NCBI RefSeq assembly: GCF_036321535.1
Contig: NC_087436.1
Coordinates: forward strand, 26,228,001-26,292,000
Length of the DNA: 64,000 nt
DNA from: Camelus dromedarius
Taxonomy: Eukaryota
Direction: 5' to 3'
The position numbers and the translations under genes were made by a program. The notes below the pieces were generated by a model that was not told the origin of the DNA, did no database searches, and was given only the letters and a program-made list of their open reading frames with translations. Position 1 is the stretch's first letter. The number at the start of each line of letters is the position of its first letter. Positions 24,664 through 37,639 of the stretch are shown here, piece after piece.

Positions 24664-25449
24664 ACCATCTGCAGAGGTACCTTTTCCAGAGAGATGATAT
24701 ATAAATATGTTGCTTAGAAGACTTGGTGAAATCCTTAATATAATCAATTGTAAATCAAATTTGGAATATAGAGGAAGATGCAATCTAATTATAGTTTGTG
24801 AGTTTGAATAAAGATGTATGAATATGGTGCTATAAATGGATAGTAAGATAAATGACACATTTTTATGTTCCTTCCTAGGAATAACTCAGGGGGATGTAAA
24901 ATATCTTCAGAGATTCCAATGGCTAGCTATTTAAACCTAGCATAATAATATTCTGAATTAGTTCATGTAGTGGAAAAATAGGAATTAATGTCCAACTTAG
25001 GAAATATTGGGCGTGTACTACAGGCACAGTCTTTGACATTATTTTATCATGGGAGTAACTAAGGCTGCTACTAAATCTGCTAGATGGCTGAGGCTTCAGA
25101 AAAATAATTTTTGGAAGGCCCTGTCTATATAAACAATACATTTAAAAACTCACAAAATTCATAAGACCATGTGTACTACAATGATCTGTCAATGAAGACT
25201 TAGAGAACAATGGGTAGGGAAGAGGTTCTTATGTATTTTTTATCACCCAACCAGTATACATGAAGAGTCTTCTTAATGCCCATGTGCCATTTTTCTCTAT
25301 TGTCAATTGTGCCGTAATTCGTTAATTTCATATCCCTCACTAAGACATAAAGTCAAGATGGTATTACCACTCATGATACCATGGCTCTTCATTACCTACT
25401 TGTATTTAAACAATATAGATTTGCTTGCCTCTGAAGGTCCTTAATACTA

Positions 25450-25947
25450 TGTATTTAATATTACTTATTATTCATTTGTATCCTTCTGAAAGATAGGGTC
25501 AAGTCCTAACCTCTGGTACTCTTAACCCATCGTGAATATGATATTATTTGGAAATAGGGTCTTTACAGATATAATCAAGTTAAAATGAGGCCATACTGGA
25601 TTAAAGTGAGCCCTAATCTAATGAATTGTAAATCAGTGACTTCCTTATAAGAAGAGGAAAATTTGGTCACAGACACAGAAGACACAAGGGAGATGATATG
25701 AGGATGGAGGTTGTGATTGGAGTGATGTGTCAACAAACTAAGGAATGATAAGGATTCCCAGCAACCTCCAGAATCTAGGAGAAAGGCATGGAACCTGTTT
25801 CTTCCTCGAGCCTTTAGAAGGAGTCAACCACGTTGACACCTTAATGTTGAACTTCTGGCCTCCAGAAGTGTGAAAGAATAAATTCATATTGTTTTAAGCC
25901 ACTCAGTTTATGGTAATTTGTTATGGCAGCCCTAGGAAGCTAATGCA
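25450..25947 (+). mobile_element. MaLR solo LTR (MLT1C-like)
   Basis: ttatttggaaatagggtctttacagatataatcaagttaaaatgagg...ttttaagccactcagtttatggtaatttgttatggcagccctaggaagctaatgca. Confidence 0.88.
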
Positions 25948-26441
25948 CTGGTGATACTGCACCATCTAATATGTCACGCATGAAATACTGGCTTTCAGTG
26001 ACTCTCTCAAAGATTGCAACTTCAATTCATTGATGACGACTACAAATATAAGTCTTACCCAGAGTGTGCAGGAAATTGTGAATGCTAACTCATTTTTGGT
26101 CATGTTAAATTTACCATTTAGAATTTTATAGCATAAATGTAAAAAAGTCCATCTTCCAACCATGTATTCTCTTGAACTCTTTAGGTCACAATCATTACAT
26201 TCTTACAATGATCTTTTTCAATATTGACTGCACCTCTGCCTTGCTTTAGTGAGGAAGATAGGCAAAAGACTTGTGGGTGGAATATGAAGAGAAGTCCAAA
26301 TTACAAAAGGAACATCAGTCTCTCTTGGGCATGGCTCAAGACTAACCCAGGAGAGCACAGCATCATGACCTTGATTGAAGGCAATTAAGGACATCAGTTG
26401 GAAGGACACTTTGGCATTTCAGAGCAATAATATCAAATCCC

Positions 26442-26650
26442 TTGCAGGAGATACACATAAGTCACCTACGGGAGACTGAGAAATATGTTGCACAGAATCT
26501 GCTACATACAAGAGATATGTGGTGAATACTCTGAGTGCCAACAATAGAAGCTGCAGAGGATAAAAGATGTGTTTATCCACAGGTGCTGTAAACTGAAGGT
26601 GGCCCATATCTTTGGCCAACAGATGGGGCAGAGACTTAGGCCTTCAAGGT
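26442..26650 (+). mobile_element. Possible decayed Gypsy-type integrase N-terminal (HHCC) remnant
   Basis: With one frameshift it reads LQEIHISHLRETE(K)/MLHRICYIQEICGEYSECQQ*K, followed by WGRDLG, resembling H-x2-H...C-x2-CQ and the start of the integrase core. Confidence 0.4.
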
Positions 26651-27242
26651 GTAAGGAAGATACTGACAGAACTATGTAGTAAATTATATGCTTGTTACAA
26701 ATATTACCTAGCATCCATATGCTGTCTTCATCATCCTAAAAGATAACTTGCAGCTCGAATACCTAAGGGGAGGTTGTAGTCTCAGCTCTAGGGTTGCAAT
26801 TTTTTGGTCTAAGGATAAACCAACCCCAAGAAATTAGGTCTGTCATGCAATACAATATAATTCTAGCTAATTGTGTAAAAGTACCCTTTTGCCAAATGTA
26901 AACAAGGCCCTGGTTATTTCTGGTAACCATCCTGGAAACTTGAAGAAAAACTACTTCATGAAAAGTTGACAATTTGAGAAGCAGAAAAGAAAGATACAAA
27001 GAATTTGGCTTTTAAATGATGAAATTGGGCTTATGAATGAATCTATATGAAGCCAGCACTAGCTCTGGACTTCTATCTTCTTATTTATTCTGAGTTGGGT
27101 TTGGAGTGGTGTTGGAGAATGGTACTAGAGGAGGAAACCAGTTAAAATTGCTGTTGTTTGGATTAACAGTTTGGACTACATGGTGCAAACTATTGTATTA
27201 AAGAACTTAAGCCGGTTAAGTTATAAAAACTTCATACGTTAG

Positions 27243-27432
27243 AATGATCCATAATCTGTTACAGAATTACTCACCTGAGAGCTCCTACAGGGACTGTACA
27301 ACCTGTTGGGGTCTCAGTGTCAACAATGTCCTTTGTATATAGGTATCTAACTATAAGCAGTCTTGTGATTTAGGGGACAAGCTCTAGAAAGTGGCATATT
27401 CAGAAAGAAAAACTATTATAAAAATTGGCATA
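27243..27432 (+). repeat. Direct repeat copy 2 (~190 bp), possible ancient LTR remnant
   Basis: Diverged colinear copy of 24459-24663; the first 22 nt are identical. Confidence 0.85.
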
Positions 27433-27454
27433 ATCACCTACCAACAAAAACAAC

Positions 27455-27645
27455 AGTACCTGCATTTATTTTTTCAGTCACTGGGTTAGACACTTCAGTC
27501 ATTTTGTCTTAATTCTTGCTTTCTCAGCAGGCATTATTATTTCCATTTTACAGATGAGGGATCTGAGATTCACTGAGTTTAAGCAAGTTGCAAAACCATG
27601 TATCTAAGAACTGAAAGCACTCAAATTTAATCCCAAATCTCTTTG
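27455..27645 (-). mobile_element. MIR SINE
   Basis: attattatttccattttacagatgagggatctgagattcactgagtttaagcaagttgc, the MIR core. Confidence 0.8.
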
Positions 27646-28095
27646 TTGTAATGACCATGGTCTTTCCATCACGGACTACTTTGAAGAAAGACATACAGAA
27701 GACCCAAAGATTGGCTTTGCAAATATGGTTAGTCGTATTAAGTTAATGTTTTGTGTTTTCATTGTCATATTTTTTTTATCACCAGTGTCGTAATCTGCAG
27801 CACGCACATATACTGAGCACAAGTTGAGAGGAAGGGCATAAACTTAATTATTTATCTATTTGTTCTCTGATGTTTCTACTCTGAAATAAGTTTTATTGAG
27901 TAGCAAAAGAGCTAATACAGGCATCTAGTGCCTTCAAAGTCAAACTGAAAGTTCCAGTACCATTTATTAAAATACAGATTTCCAGAATTACATAGAAATT
28001 AAAGGCTGAAGTAATTGAGCCCCAGATTATCTAACATTTTTTCCTTGAATTTATAAAATTTATCAGTGTTTTAGAGAGTTTTAGTAAAATGCTCT

Positions 28096-28153
28096 TTGTG
28101 TGTGTGTGTGTGAGGGTGTGTGTGTGTGTGAGACAGAGAGGCAGAGAGAGGCA
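28096..28153. repeat. (TG)n and GA-rich microsatellite
   Basis: Directly visible. Confidence 0.9.
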
Positions 28154-28539
28154 TAAAGAGGCAGAGAGAGAGTGACCTAACCAAATAGTTATCTTATGCA
28201 GTGGAGAGCAGCTATTACACTGGCTATGCTATACTGGCTTCTTGATATTCTTGCAGTGGTTGCTGAACTACCCATATCTTCCCAGCCCTGGGGTTACTGA
28301 CACTACTCTTTTCACTTTAACAGATGGCACAGTCTTCTATGTCCTGGGACATGAGGCTCAAGGATTAGAGATGTGACTGTGACTCTAAGGCCTTAAACCA
28401 CTCCCTGCACTCCTAGTTCCTCCAGATTCAGAAAGAGTTGTTTGCTCTCTTTTCTGAGACCTATCTTCATATGGTGTATATATTTCTGTAGAAATACAGT
28501 CTCTCCAATGAGTACCCTGTTTTCTGCTTTTATCTAGAG

Positions 28540-28760
28540 CAAGGGCTTGCAAACTTTTTTTGTAAAAAGCCAGATGTTAAATATTAGGCTTTATAGGCCA
28601 TATGTTCTCCATCACAACTATTCAAATCTGTCATTGTAGTGTGAAAGCAGCCATAGGTAATATGAATGGATGTAGCTGGGTGCTAATAAAACTTTATTTA
28701 CACAAACAGGTGGTTGATGAAGTTGACCCATGGCTTGTAGTTTGCTAATGCTAATGCCTG
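28540..28760 (+). mobile_element. hAT-Charlie MITE (MER58A-like)
   Basis: caagggcttgcaaacttttt...aaatattaggcttt...gaaagcagccatag...aataaaactttatttac...gtagtttgc. Confidence 0.85.
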
Positions 28761-31700
28761 GTTAGAGCATCACTATGTTACTTGTCTTCTTTTACTACAA
28801 ATGTATTCAGTTTTGAACTATCTTGAGATACCATTTCAGTATAAAAAATCAGGAAATCAAATTATCCTGAAATAAAATATTTAGGAAATTTTTTTCTGAA
28901 ATATGTATGTTCTCTTTACTAATTTTTCAAACTGAATTTCAAACCCTTACTATCTATCTTCAACATATTGCTTCTACCCCTTCTCTGTACAGACACAGAC
29001 ACACAGTCACACTGTGCACATGCTCCTCAATTTAATATTGATTGCCTTCTCGGCAAGCCTAGTGCACCACCACTCCACAATAACATAATGTTGGTTTTAT
29101 TTTTCTGTGTGCTTTTTTCCTATAGTTTCTACTCCCTGAAATGCCCACTCAGACTTTACCTACCCAAAAGTTGCTCATATTTCAAAATTTATTGTGCAGA
29201 GCTAGAATGAACATGGATATTTATTGTTTGTGTGAGTACTCTAACCCCTGATGATATTTATCTTAACTAATATGGCATTTATTGACTGTGACAAATTACT
29301 CCCTGTGTGTGGGGGTGTGTGTAGGTATGTGTGGTGTGACTGTGCATAGGTGTGTTTTACTGCTGCTCTATCATCTAGAGATTTAAGAGTGAGTAATTCC
29401 TGCCAATGTGGAGTTCACATTCTAGTAGATGAGACAGTCATTTGAGTCATTTTTTGTTTCCATATGATCTTTTGCTTTTATTAAGCAATATTGTGTGGTA
29501 TATCATTCCTTCTCATTAAGATTATAATATACATGAAGACAGAAAATTGTTCTAAGTTTTGTATATATGTATCTCACACAATAACTAGTGGATAAATGTT
29601 TTTATTGCTGAAGTTCAAAAATAACATACCGAATTAAATTAAAAAGTGAAGTTTCTGTTTTAAATTACCTTTATTTTAAAATTTTAGATATTATAATTTG
29701 CCACATTTGTCATATTTTTTATTTGTAAGAGCACCGTGGGTCTTATACTGTTGGTTACGTCTTAGGTTTCTCCAAAAGTTAGAGTTTCAGTGAAGAGTAA
29801 ACCATATTTTGACCCTGCGTAAAGAAGCAGTGATACAGGTTGAGTGAAGAGGCAGGAAGCGTAGGAGAGAAAAGACATTTGGGCTGATTGTCAAGAGACT
29901 ACAGCTCTCTCTTTTAACTTTTTTATTATCTGATAGGAAAAAAAAGCCTTTCCTGATAAACTATTGTTAATTCAAGGGAAAAAAAAGAAGAAAGAGAAAG
30001 GTAGAGAGGATGGTAAGAGGAAAGCATTTTTCTTGATTTCTTGCCTCCACGCATGCGGCAGAAATATTCAAGGAAAAAATATGCAACCATAGGCCCAATG
30101 TGGGTCACTTACAAAAGGATTCAGTACCATCTCTTTAAACCTCAACTATTTAATTGATAAATTAAATTTTTAATTTCTAAATCAAGTGACAAAATGTATC
30201 AGAATTGTACATAGGCAGAAAGGGCACAATTCTAAGTCACCTGAATTGAATATTTTTACAAAGGATATTTCTCACCCTCTCTTATGATTACTTTCACATC
30301 AAGTATACTTGCCTGACTTTCTTTCAACATAAGGATGATGGCAGAGGCCTGATATTTAATTAAGACCTATCTCTTATTAACTAATGGTTGAATTTGACAC
30401 CTCGTTGCTATATTCTAACAGGGTTGAGCTTTTGTAAGGGTTTTGGCTGAGATCCAGTCATCACAGCTGTTCTTGTATGATCACTGCTTCGAGAAAACTA
30501 ATTTTCCTACTTCTAAAGACCCTATTTTCAAATGTAATTTTGCCATGAGAACTTCTTTTATCCTTTTTTACACATAAATCACTTCCAATTGGAGAAATCC
30601 TTAACATTGGCTACTAACTGCTGTTCACAACTATTACTCATCTGTGATATCATTGTAAAGTAAACCACCAGAAACTATCCAACCAAGGGTCACAGGGAGG
30701 GTGTATTTTATTGTTAGAAGGTTTAGGTAGAAGAGCTTCTAGTCAAAAGAAACAACATATATCATGAGAATATCATAAAAATTATTAATGCATGCATTAT
30801 ATTAATTAATATAATTAATTAATTAATGCATTATAAATGCATGCCTTTATAGCATTTTATTCTTTTTATTCTTATAGACAAGATTTAGGCTTTACATTAG
30901 AATAGGAAAGCAAGCCTGAATCCCTGAATGCACGTTTTCTTTTTCAAATGAATAGTCAGCATTTCTTTCTATGTTAAAAAGGAAGTGTTCCTTCTTCTCC
31001 ATAGTGTCCTTCAACTGACTTTATTTTCTAATTCCAGATACTGGGAATATTCACAAATACCACATATAGAATGAATTCTAATGTCCTGGAGTGCAAGCAT
31101 GAATAAAATGGGTTTTCTTTAGGAGCTGCACTTAGACATTAGAATAAATCTGGGCTGTAAGTTTGACACTGTACAACTGGCTTAAATGTAGCTTTTCATT
31201 GGGATAAATGTGGTTTTGCAACAGATTAAATATACTTATGTAATTATTGTGGTTGGCACTTATGGGATTGTGATTGTGTAAACTCTAAATTCCAGGGAAA
31301 ATCTGGGCTTTGAAATATACATGGTTAAATTTGTATTCTGACCCTGCTAAATTCACCTGTGTATGACATGCCAAAGTGCTCATAATGTCTACTAGCACTA
31401 AAATTTCTCATTTGATCCCTTATATGTCTCATTTTGCCTTGGACTACAGTAATTTTGAGTCTTGATCAACTGTTTCCTCTTCTGCTTAGGCAGTCCTATT
31501 TAGCATATCAGTTCGCAGTCTTTCAACTTTCCACTTGGTCCCCTCAAATTTGAATGATGTCTAATTTTACCAGTCCTGGGTATCCACTGGCTGTTAAACT
31601 GAGAGCAAATACCACTTGACATAGAACCACCATCATCAGCTATCATCAGCTATCACAGCACTCTATGTCACAGCCCAACATGTGTGGTTTTGAGATATAA

Positions 31701-31989
31701 TGTTGTTAATCATACAGAGACCTAAGATTAATACATAATTAACAGTCATCTTGGAAGGTGCATACTTTTTTAAAGTGTGCTTTAAATGGCAATATCAGTC
31801 TACCTTGGCTTGGCTGTAATCTTTTGCGTCTCTGCTGATTCAATTTATATATTTAGTTAAACAAATATGTATCCCAACTTGATCCCTTTTATAGTCAGAT
31901 ATCTTTAAACAACGGTATATCTAGGCATGTTAAAAATTTCTTTGTTCCTGTATTGATTATATAAAAGTCTAAACATTAAAGATTTTCAA

Positions 31990-32150
31990 CAGGGCTCATA
32001 GGTGTGAGGCCCCACGCACTTACACGGGGCCCAACACTCAGATGTGCCTGCACTTGGTATAATGCTTGCTGTCTTTGTCTTGAAATTCTTAAGAATTTTC
32101 TTGAGCAATTTTATTTTTTACTGAGCTTGACAAATTGTGTAGCCAACTTG
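31990..32150 (+). mobile_element. hAT-Tip100 MITE (MER91A-like)
   Basis: cagggct...gggccc..cactcaga...cacttggtataatgc...gtcttgaaattcttaa...caaattgtgtagcc matches the recalled MER91A layout. Confidence 0.7.
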
Positions 32151-32229
32151 CTTTTGAAATTTGGCAAAGGCAGTAATTAATCTGGTCATAGGTGATTTCG
32201 GATATTAATTAAGGAGATATAGGAAAAGC

Positions 32230-32650
32230 TTTAATTCAATAAATATTTATTAAGTGTACACTATTTGGCAGGCCCTGTTGTTCTAGGTACTGGGGATATG
32301 TTGGTGTAGCAAACAGACAAAATCCTTGCATTTATGGAGCTTATGTGCTAGGGAGGAGAAACAAATAATAAATAGAGATTCTACATAATATGCCAGATGA
32401 TAAGGATTGTGGAGGAAAACAAAATATTATAAGAGGAATAAATATAAAGACAGACAGACAGACATTACCCACCAGGACAGAGATGGGGTAGAATTTAGCA
32501 TCAGTCTTTCTTTTTCTGCTAAAATCATCTCTGCCTTAGGATAAACTTTCCTCCCCAAACCTTTAAGATGAAAAGAAGTCATCAGTCTGTCATTTAGATG
32601 AGAAAATAGACTTGGAAAGTTTTTATGAGAAGTTATTGAAATCAAATTTG
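32230..32650 (-). mobile_element. L2 LINE 3' fragment
   Basis: attcaataaatatttattaagtg..tactat...ggc...gttctaggtactgggga...acagacaaaatccttgc, a typical L2 3' end. Confidence 0.75.
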
Positions 32651-32972
32651 CAGTTGATTAAAATCTGTCTCTGACTCTGAACAAATTCTTTATTGTGGGA
32701 AATGGTGGAGTTAGAGGTCTCTATGACCAATACTTTGCATTAAATTCTGCCAACTAAATTTTTTCTGTACTCAGGAAAGCAAACCAGTGATGTGATGGGT
32801 CTTTGTATTTGTAATAGGAACATAACACCTTTGCAATTATACTTGAAGATTTATAATAAGAATATGTGAGGGTTATATATCCAAGATGATCAATTTTTCA
32901 AGCCATTTGTCATTTAAAAAATAATGAATACCAGAAAATTAATTTTATGGTATTATATGTTTTACCTTGGAG

Positions 32973-35496
32973 GACATTTGGTCCTGTCCAAAACACCCAT
33001 TGAGACATTTGGTCCATTTGATAATACAAACATTTAACTTCATTAAAATTTTATTTACATTATTTTTATTGCAGTTCATGATGAATTCTGGATTTCACAT
33101 TTATTCTTGTTCTTCCTCATCATGAAGTTCACCAGAATTACTCTTAAGTCAATAAGCAATTGCTCTCAGGTATATATCGATCTGATTATTGACTTTGTAT
33201 TTGTTATATGTTAACAATCTCTATAATATGAATTTTATTTTATTTGTATCATCATGAGGTTAGTGGCCTTTTTGAGTGTGACCACCAAGAATCTTATTCA
33301 TGGCTTTGCTGTTCATCTTTTAACATTTTAATAAATCTCCAAATTTAAGTATTAAGCACTACCATCAGCTTTTGAGATTTGCTATGCCAGCCTTCTGCGG
33401 CATTGTTCATCCTGTGTTTGATGTTCAGTTCTGATGTATAAACAGTCCAAGTTTCTGGTGGAAATCTTGGAGCTTCTGGTCTTCTTCTGCCTCTGCCACG
33501 CCTTCTGGGGACATACACTCTCACTGTAATCCATTAGGTCATCTAATTTTTTTTTTTTGCGTTCTCCACAATGTACACCAAAATTTCATTTATATCTTCC
33601 AAAGGCAGGCATGAAAATCCAAACAACATGGAGTTACTTTTCATTGTCATATACTCTCATGTTAGACCCCACGAAGATATTTTTTTGCCACGGTGATTTT
33701 GAAAAGTGCAACAGGCTTTCTTTTACTTGTCCATTTGGTAGGAGTAGTTGAATCACGCACAACATAATCTTGAATTTTTCCCATGCAAATGCAAATACTT
33801 TCTCATATATATCTGTGTCTTCTCACCTTTTCATTATTAGTGCATAATCACTAGTGTAATATACCCCAGTACTACACTGTGCACAGTTAATAACTGAGTG
33901 GATGATTTGAAATAACTGGTGCCATCTTGTACCACTGAGTGATGTGGTACTGACACTTATATTGAAAACTGTCATAAGCTGTGTAAATAAGAATTCTTTC
34001 GTCATCTTGAGCACTGGAGTCATACATAAGAAATAGTTCTCCACATCTGATCACTGTATACGCCTCAGGAATTTCAACCTCATGCAATGAAGTAGAGTTT
34101 GGAGGTTGATGTGTATTTTCAATTCTATTCAGGTCCCTCTTTAATGACCTCTTCATTATGAATATCATGAAAATCACAGAGAGTTCTCTAAAGTGCCTGT
34201 GGTGGCACTGCATTTGGTTTTTCTTCTGTGTGTTATTTTAACCTATTTGGGGTTTTCCTTACTTCCTCTTTAACACCAGCATTATGCTGATGTTTTCCTG
34301 TCCCGTCTTGAATAGTTGGAAAGTTATCCAAATCCTGACTAGTTACATATCTGACATTGCAGGATCTCCACTCGTAGTGCTGGTACCTTTTAATCCTATT
34401 TTTGTTAAAGGAATGAAATGTTAAGAAAAACCATAATAACATTGCACTTTTTTTTTTTAAACTTTTTGTGAGTATACTGTTTCTGCCATATTCAACCAAT
34501 AATTTTCAAATGAAGATGTCATATTGCCAAGCAACAAAATAAGGGTTATTTTTTTTTCTTTTGTAGCCATCTGACCAATGGTCACTGATTTGCTGGTAGA
34601 GGAAATCTTATTAATATCCTATGGATTCAACGCCCTGTTTAGCCACTCTGGATCAACCAGTAGTTAGACACCAGCTGAGGCCCTCCTGGTCCATACTGAT
34701 TGGCAGGTAAGTGCGCGCATCACACTCATTAAAACCTCTCTATGCTTCTTGAGATTTACTTCAGTTGTACCTCTATAGGAAATCAATTCAAGGAAAACAT
34801 TGCCCATTAACCCTGGGCAGTAGGATAGTTGGTGGGGGGTTAATCAGATGCTGGTATACTCCTCATGGTGAACATTACACTGACAAGTGAGATACTTTGT
34901 AAAGTGTTTATATCAACACATTCACCACCTGTTTTACACAGTAGTCTGCACAGTAGTCTGACCAAGTTCTTCCTTTCAAAGTCTGCCCTTATTGAATGAC
35001 CTAGCCACATTCAACCAAGTGTTCAGTGACATATTAATGCACCATGTATAATAAGATTCTATCCTTGATTTGTTATTTTCTATGCATTTCACTAACTGTA
35101 GGACTCTTCCTCAGTAATCATAGTTAATGTAACTTCTGCTTTTCTGCAAGATTCAAACCCCAACCCATCTCCCTAACTCCTTGTCCCATTATTAGCTAGG
35201 CTGCCAAGGTGAGAAGGGTTTTTATTGGCAATACAACCATAACATAGTTATAAGATCAATAAAATATGGTAATATTTTTATGTATTAATCTCATAAACCA
35301 AAAGTATAAATAAACATATGGACTATTTGAACCCAGGGACATTTTCTAAACAGAGATGTTTTTGACAGGACCAATATCAAGGACCATTTGTCATGGATAA
35401 ATTATGCTCATGGATATTTTTGAAATGACCAAATTTCAAGGATCTTTTGGCGTGGACCAAATGTTTCCATGGGTGTTTAGAATAGGACCATATGTC
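32973..35496 (-). mobile_element. Mutator-superfamily (FLYWCH+MULE, Phantom-like) DNA transposon fossil with TIRs
   Basis: Inverted repeats 32973-33016 and 35453-35496 match at 38/44. Repeated ggaccaaatgt-like subterminal motifs at 35320-35525. Internal decayed transposase. Confidence 0.88.
33101..34522 (-). pseudogene. Decayed MULE transposase with N-terminal FLYWCH-like domain
   Basis: Manual translation across frameshifts gives ...YSQK...HYEWRSC...HQH (FLYWCH-like); IPEAY...GELFLMYDS...DERILIY; LFQIIH; YALIMKR..IYEKVF; LLHFSKSPWQK; PRFPPETWTVY...RMNNAAEGWHSK (33384-33413, equivalent to the RTNNxxEGWH catalytic-E motif); IWRFIKMLKDEQ; YLRAIAY. Confidence 0.85.
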
Positions 35497-37639
35497 TGCT
35501 AGTCCATATTCTATGGTTCAAATGCTATATCTTATAGTAGTATGTTATTTTTACTTAGACAGATGTGATATGTGTGTGCTAATTTAATGTACAAGTTATA
35601 AAAATTAGGCCATATGGAAAAACACAATTGTCAGGTACAGCACTCTATCTGTGATGCCTTCTAATTACCACAGCATCTTTACCATAAGAACTAAAACAAA
35701 TGGAATTTCACATGTTCTCACAATTCATGCAAATAATATATCACCACCATGTTTTAAGATTTCATCATATAGACCCAGGAAACCGAATTAACTTTCATAA
35801 GTTTATGTAGTAAGTAAATAGGTCAGCTGATGAATGTGTGGCTCTTCAAAAGATTGAGTGACTTTATTTACATCAAAAATGTATATGTACACAACCTTAG
35901 CACTTTTAAAGTTTACAGACAGAATTAAATTTAATGGAAGTGTATATCACCAATCTCTGGCTGAATTGTGTAAAGTTAAAAATCTATTCATACCAGCAGC
36001 AGTGCCATCAAAAATAGTCATCATTACTTAAATTGTGACAGTCTTTGTCAAATACTATTGCTTTTGGCTGGACATTCTGCTGCTACTACAGTATATTAAA
36101 CAGATACAGCCACCCCACCCCCGCCTTACTACCACAGCTTTTTTTTTTTTTTTTTTTGTAATGTGGCTGATATGCACTCATCTCTGCATTTGATTTTCTA
36201 TATTTTTCCTACATTATATTCCATTTCTTTTTTTTTTGCCTTCTGTTAAAAAAAAAGTAATTTTTATTTTTGAACCTCTACTATGTAAATTTTTAACATG
36301 TTTTCAATAGGATTTGAAGCAAAGTACATCAATTTGCATTTTTTATTTATTCCAGATAAGTTATACTCCTATTAGCCAAGTAGTTTCCAATATGTGCTTT
36401 TCCTATCATCTGTTCCAATAACTGGGGGGGGGGGGGGGAATGTTTAATGGCTAATGATATACATGTGTTAGTATGTCTTTAAGATACTCTGTCACTTTGA
36501 TGGGCTCAGTGCTTCTGACATAATCATCTAGCTGTTGAAATTTAATTTTAAAATTTGAGGGATAGTGGCAAAATCTGCAAAAGCTGTGAGAAATATTTTG
36601 AGGTTGAATTGAATTGCATACACTATTCCGAATTACCTTGATGTCTACTTTAAAAAAAAATTCCCTTTGATTCCAGTTGTAAAATCTAGTAAACTAAAAT
36701 TGAGACTATTTTCTTGGAAAGGTAATGGTGTTAATGCATTTATAGGTCATATGTCTTGTTCAGAGTGCTTGAGTAACTTCTGTAGGTTTGTAGCACTTCA
36801 TGTGGAAGGACTCAGAACATACTGCATATGTTGTTTACATTGCAGCCTTCAAGCACTTTGACCACCTAAAGTAATAAAAATGTTGGATAATTTATTATTG
36901 CCATTAAGAATGTAGAATACTTTTTGGTTAAAAATAAGAGCATCTAGTTAAAAAGTGAATATTCCAAAATAAATCCAAAAAAATAAAGTTTCAAATTCAC
37001 ATTGTTAATAACATCAATTTAAAGCTAGAAATATGAAAGTCAAAATAATGTTTACATTTTTTCTTTGTTTTTAGTCTACACATCTTAAAATTTAAAACTA
37101 CATTGGCAGACAAAAATCCAACAAGGTTGGTGAAAATGATAAAATATCTGCAACGTATATAAAATCATTGAGATTATAACTTTTCCTGTCTAGGTATTCC
37201 ATGACTTAGGAATAAATAACCTACCTACTTTGCTTATATTTGAACGTACAGTGAGGAAGAGTGGTCTAAGGTGGTAATTCCTGAGGGTAACTCACCTTCC
37301 CCATAGCTCTCGTTGGGGAAGTATCCCTCCTACAGTGAGGAGAACCAGGGCTGCTCTCATGGACCTTAAATTCCAAAAGTATGATTGTTGCTTTTCATCA
37401 AAACATGGAGACTTTTCAGATTGTGGTAAGTTGTGTACCTATTATTTCTCAGACTGCTTTAGTATCCTATAAAGGCACACTGAAAAATCAGTCTGCCTCA
37501 AAACAAGCAAACAAATCACAATGACAATAACTTCTGGGGTCAGAATATCTATAACAGAGTCACTGATAGTTACTAAGTGTTTCTATACAGTCCATACCAA
37601 GTGCCAACTCAATACCAAGTCCTGTCTTGGGGTTGGGGG

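Noticed and set aside
30781..30845. AT-rich nested palindromes
   Set aside because: Low-complexity ATTA/ATGCAT sequence; self-complementarity is expected by chance.
35320..35525. CRISPR-like short repeats
   Set aside because: Eukaryotic DNA; the motifs are short, irregularly spaced subterminal repeats of the MULE TIR.
36424..36438. 15-nt poly-G run as a G-quadruplex element
   Set aside because: Simple homopolymer with no context supporting a function.
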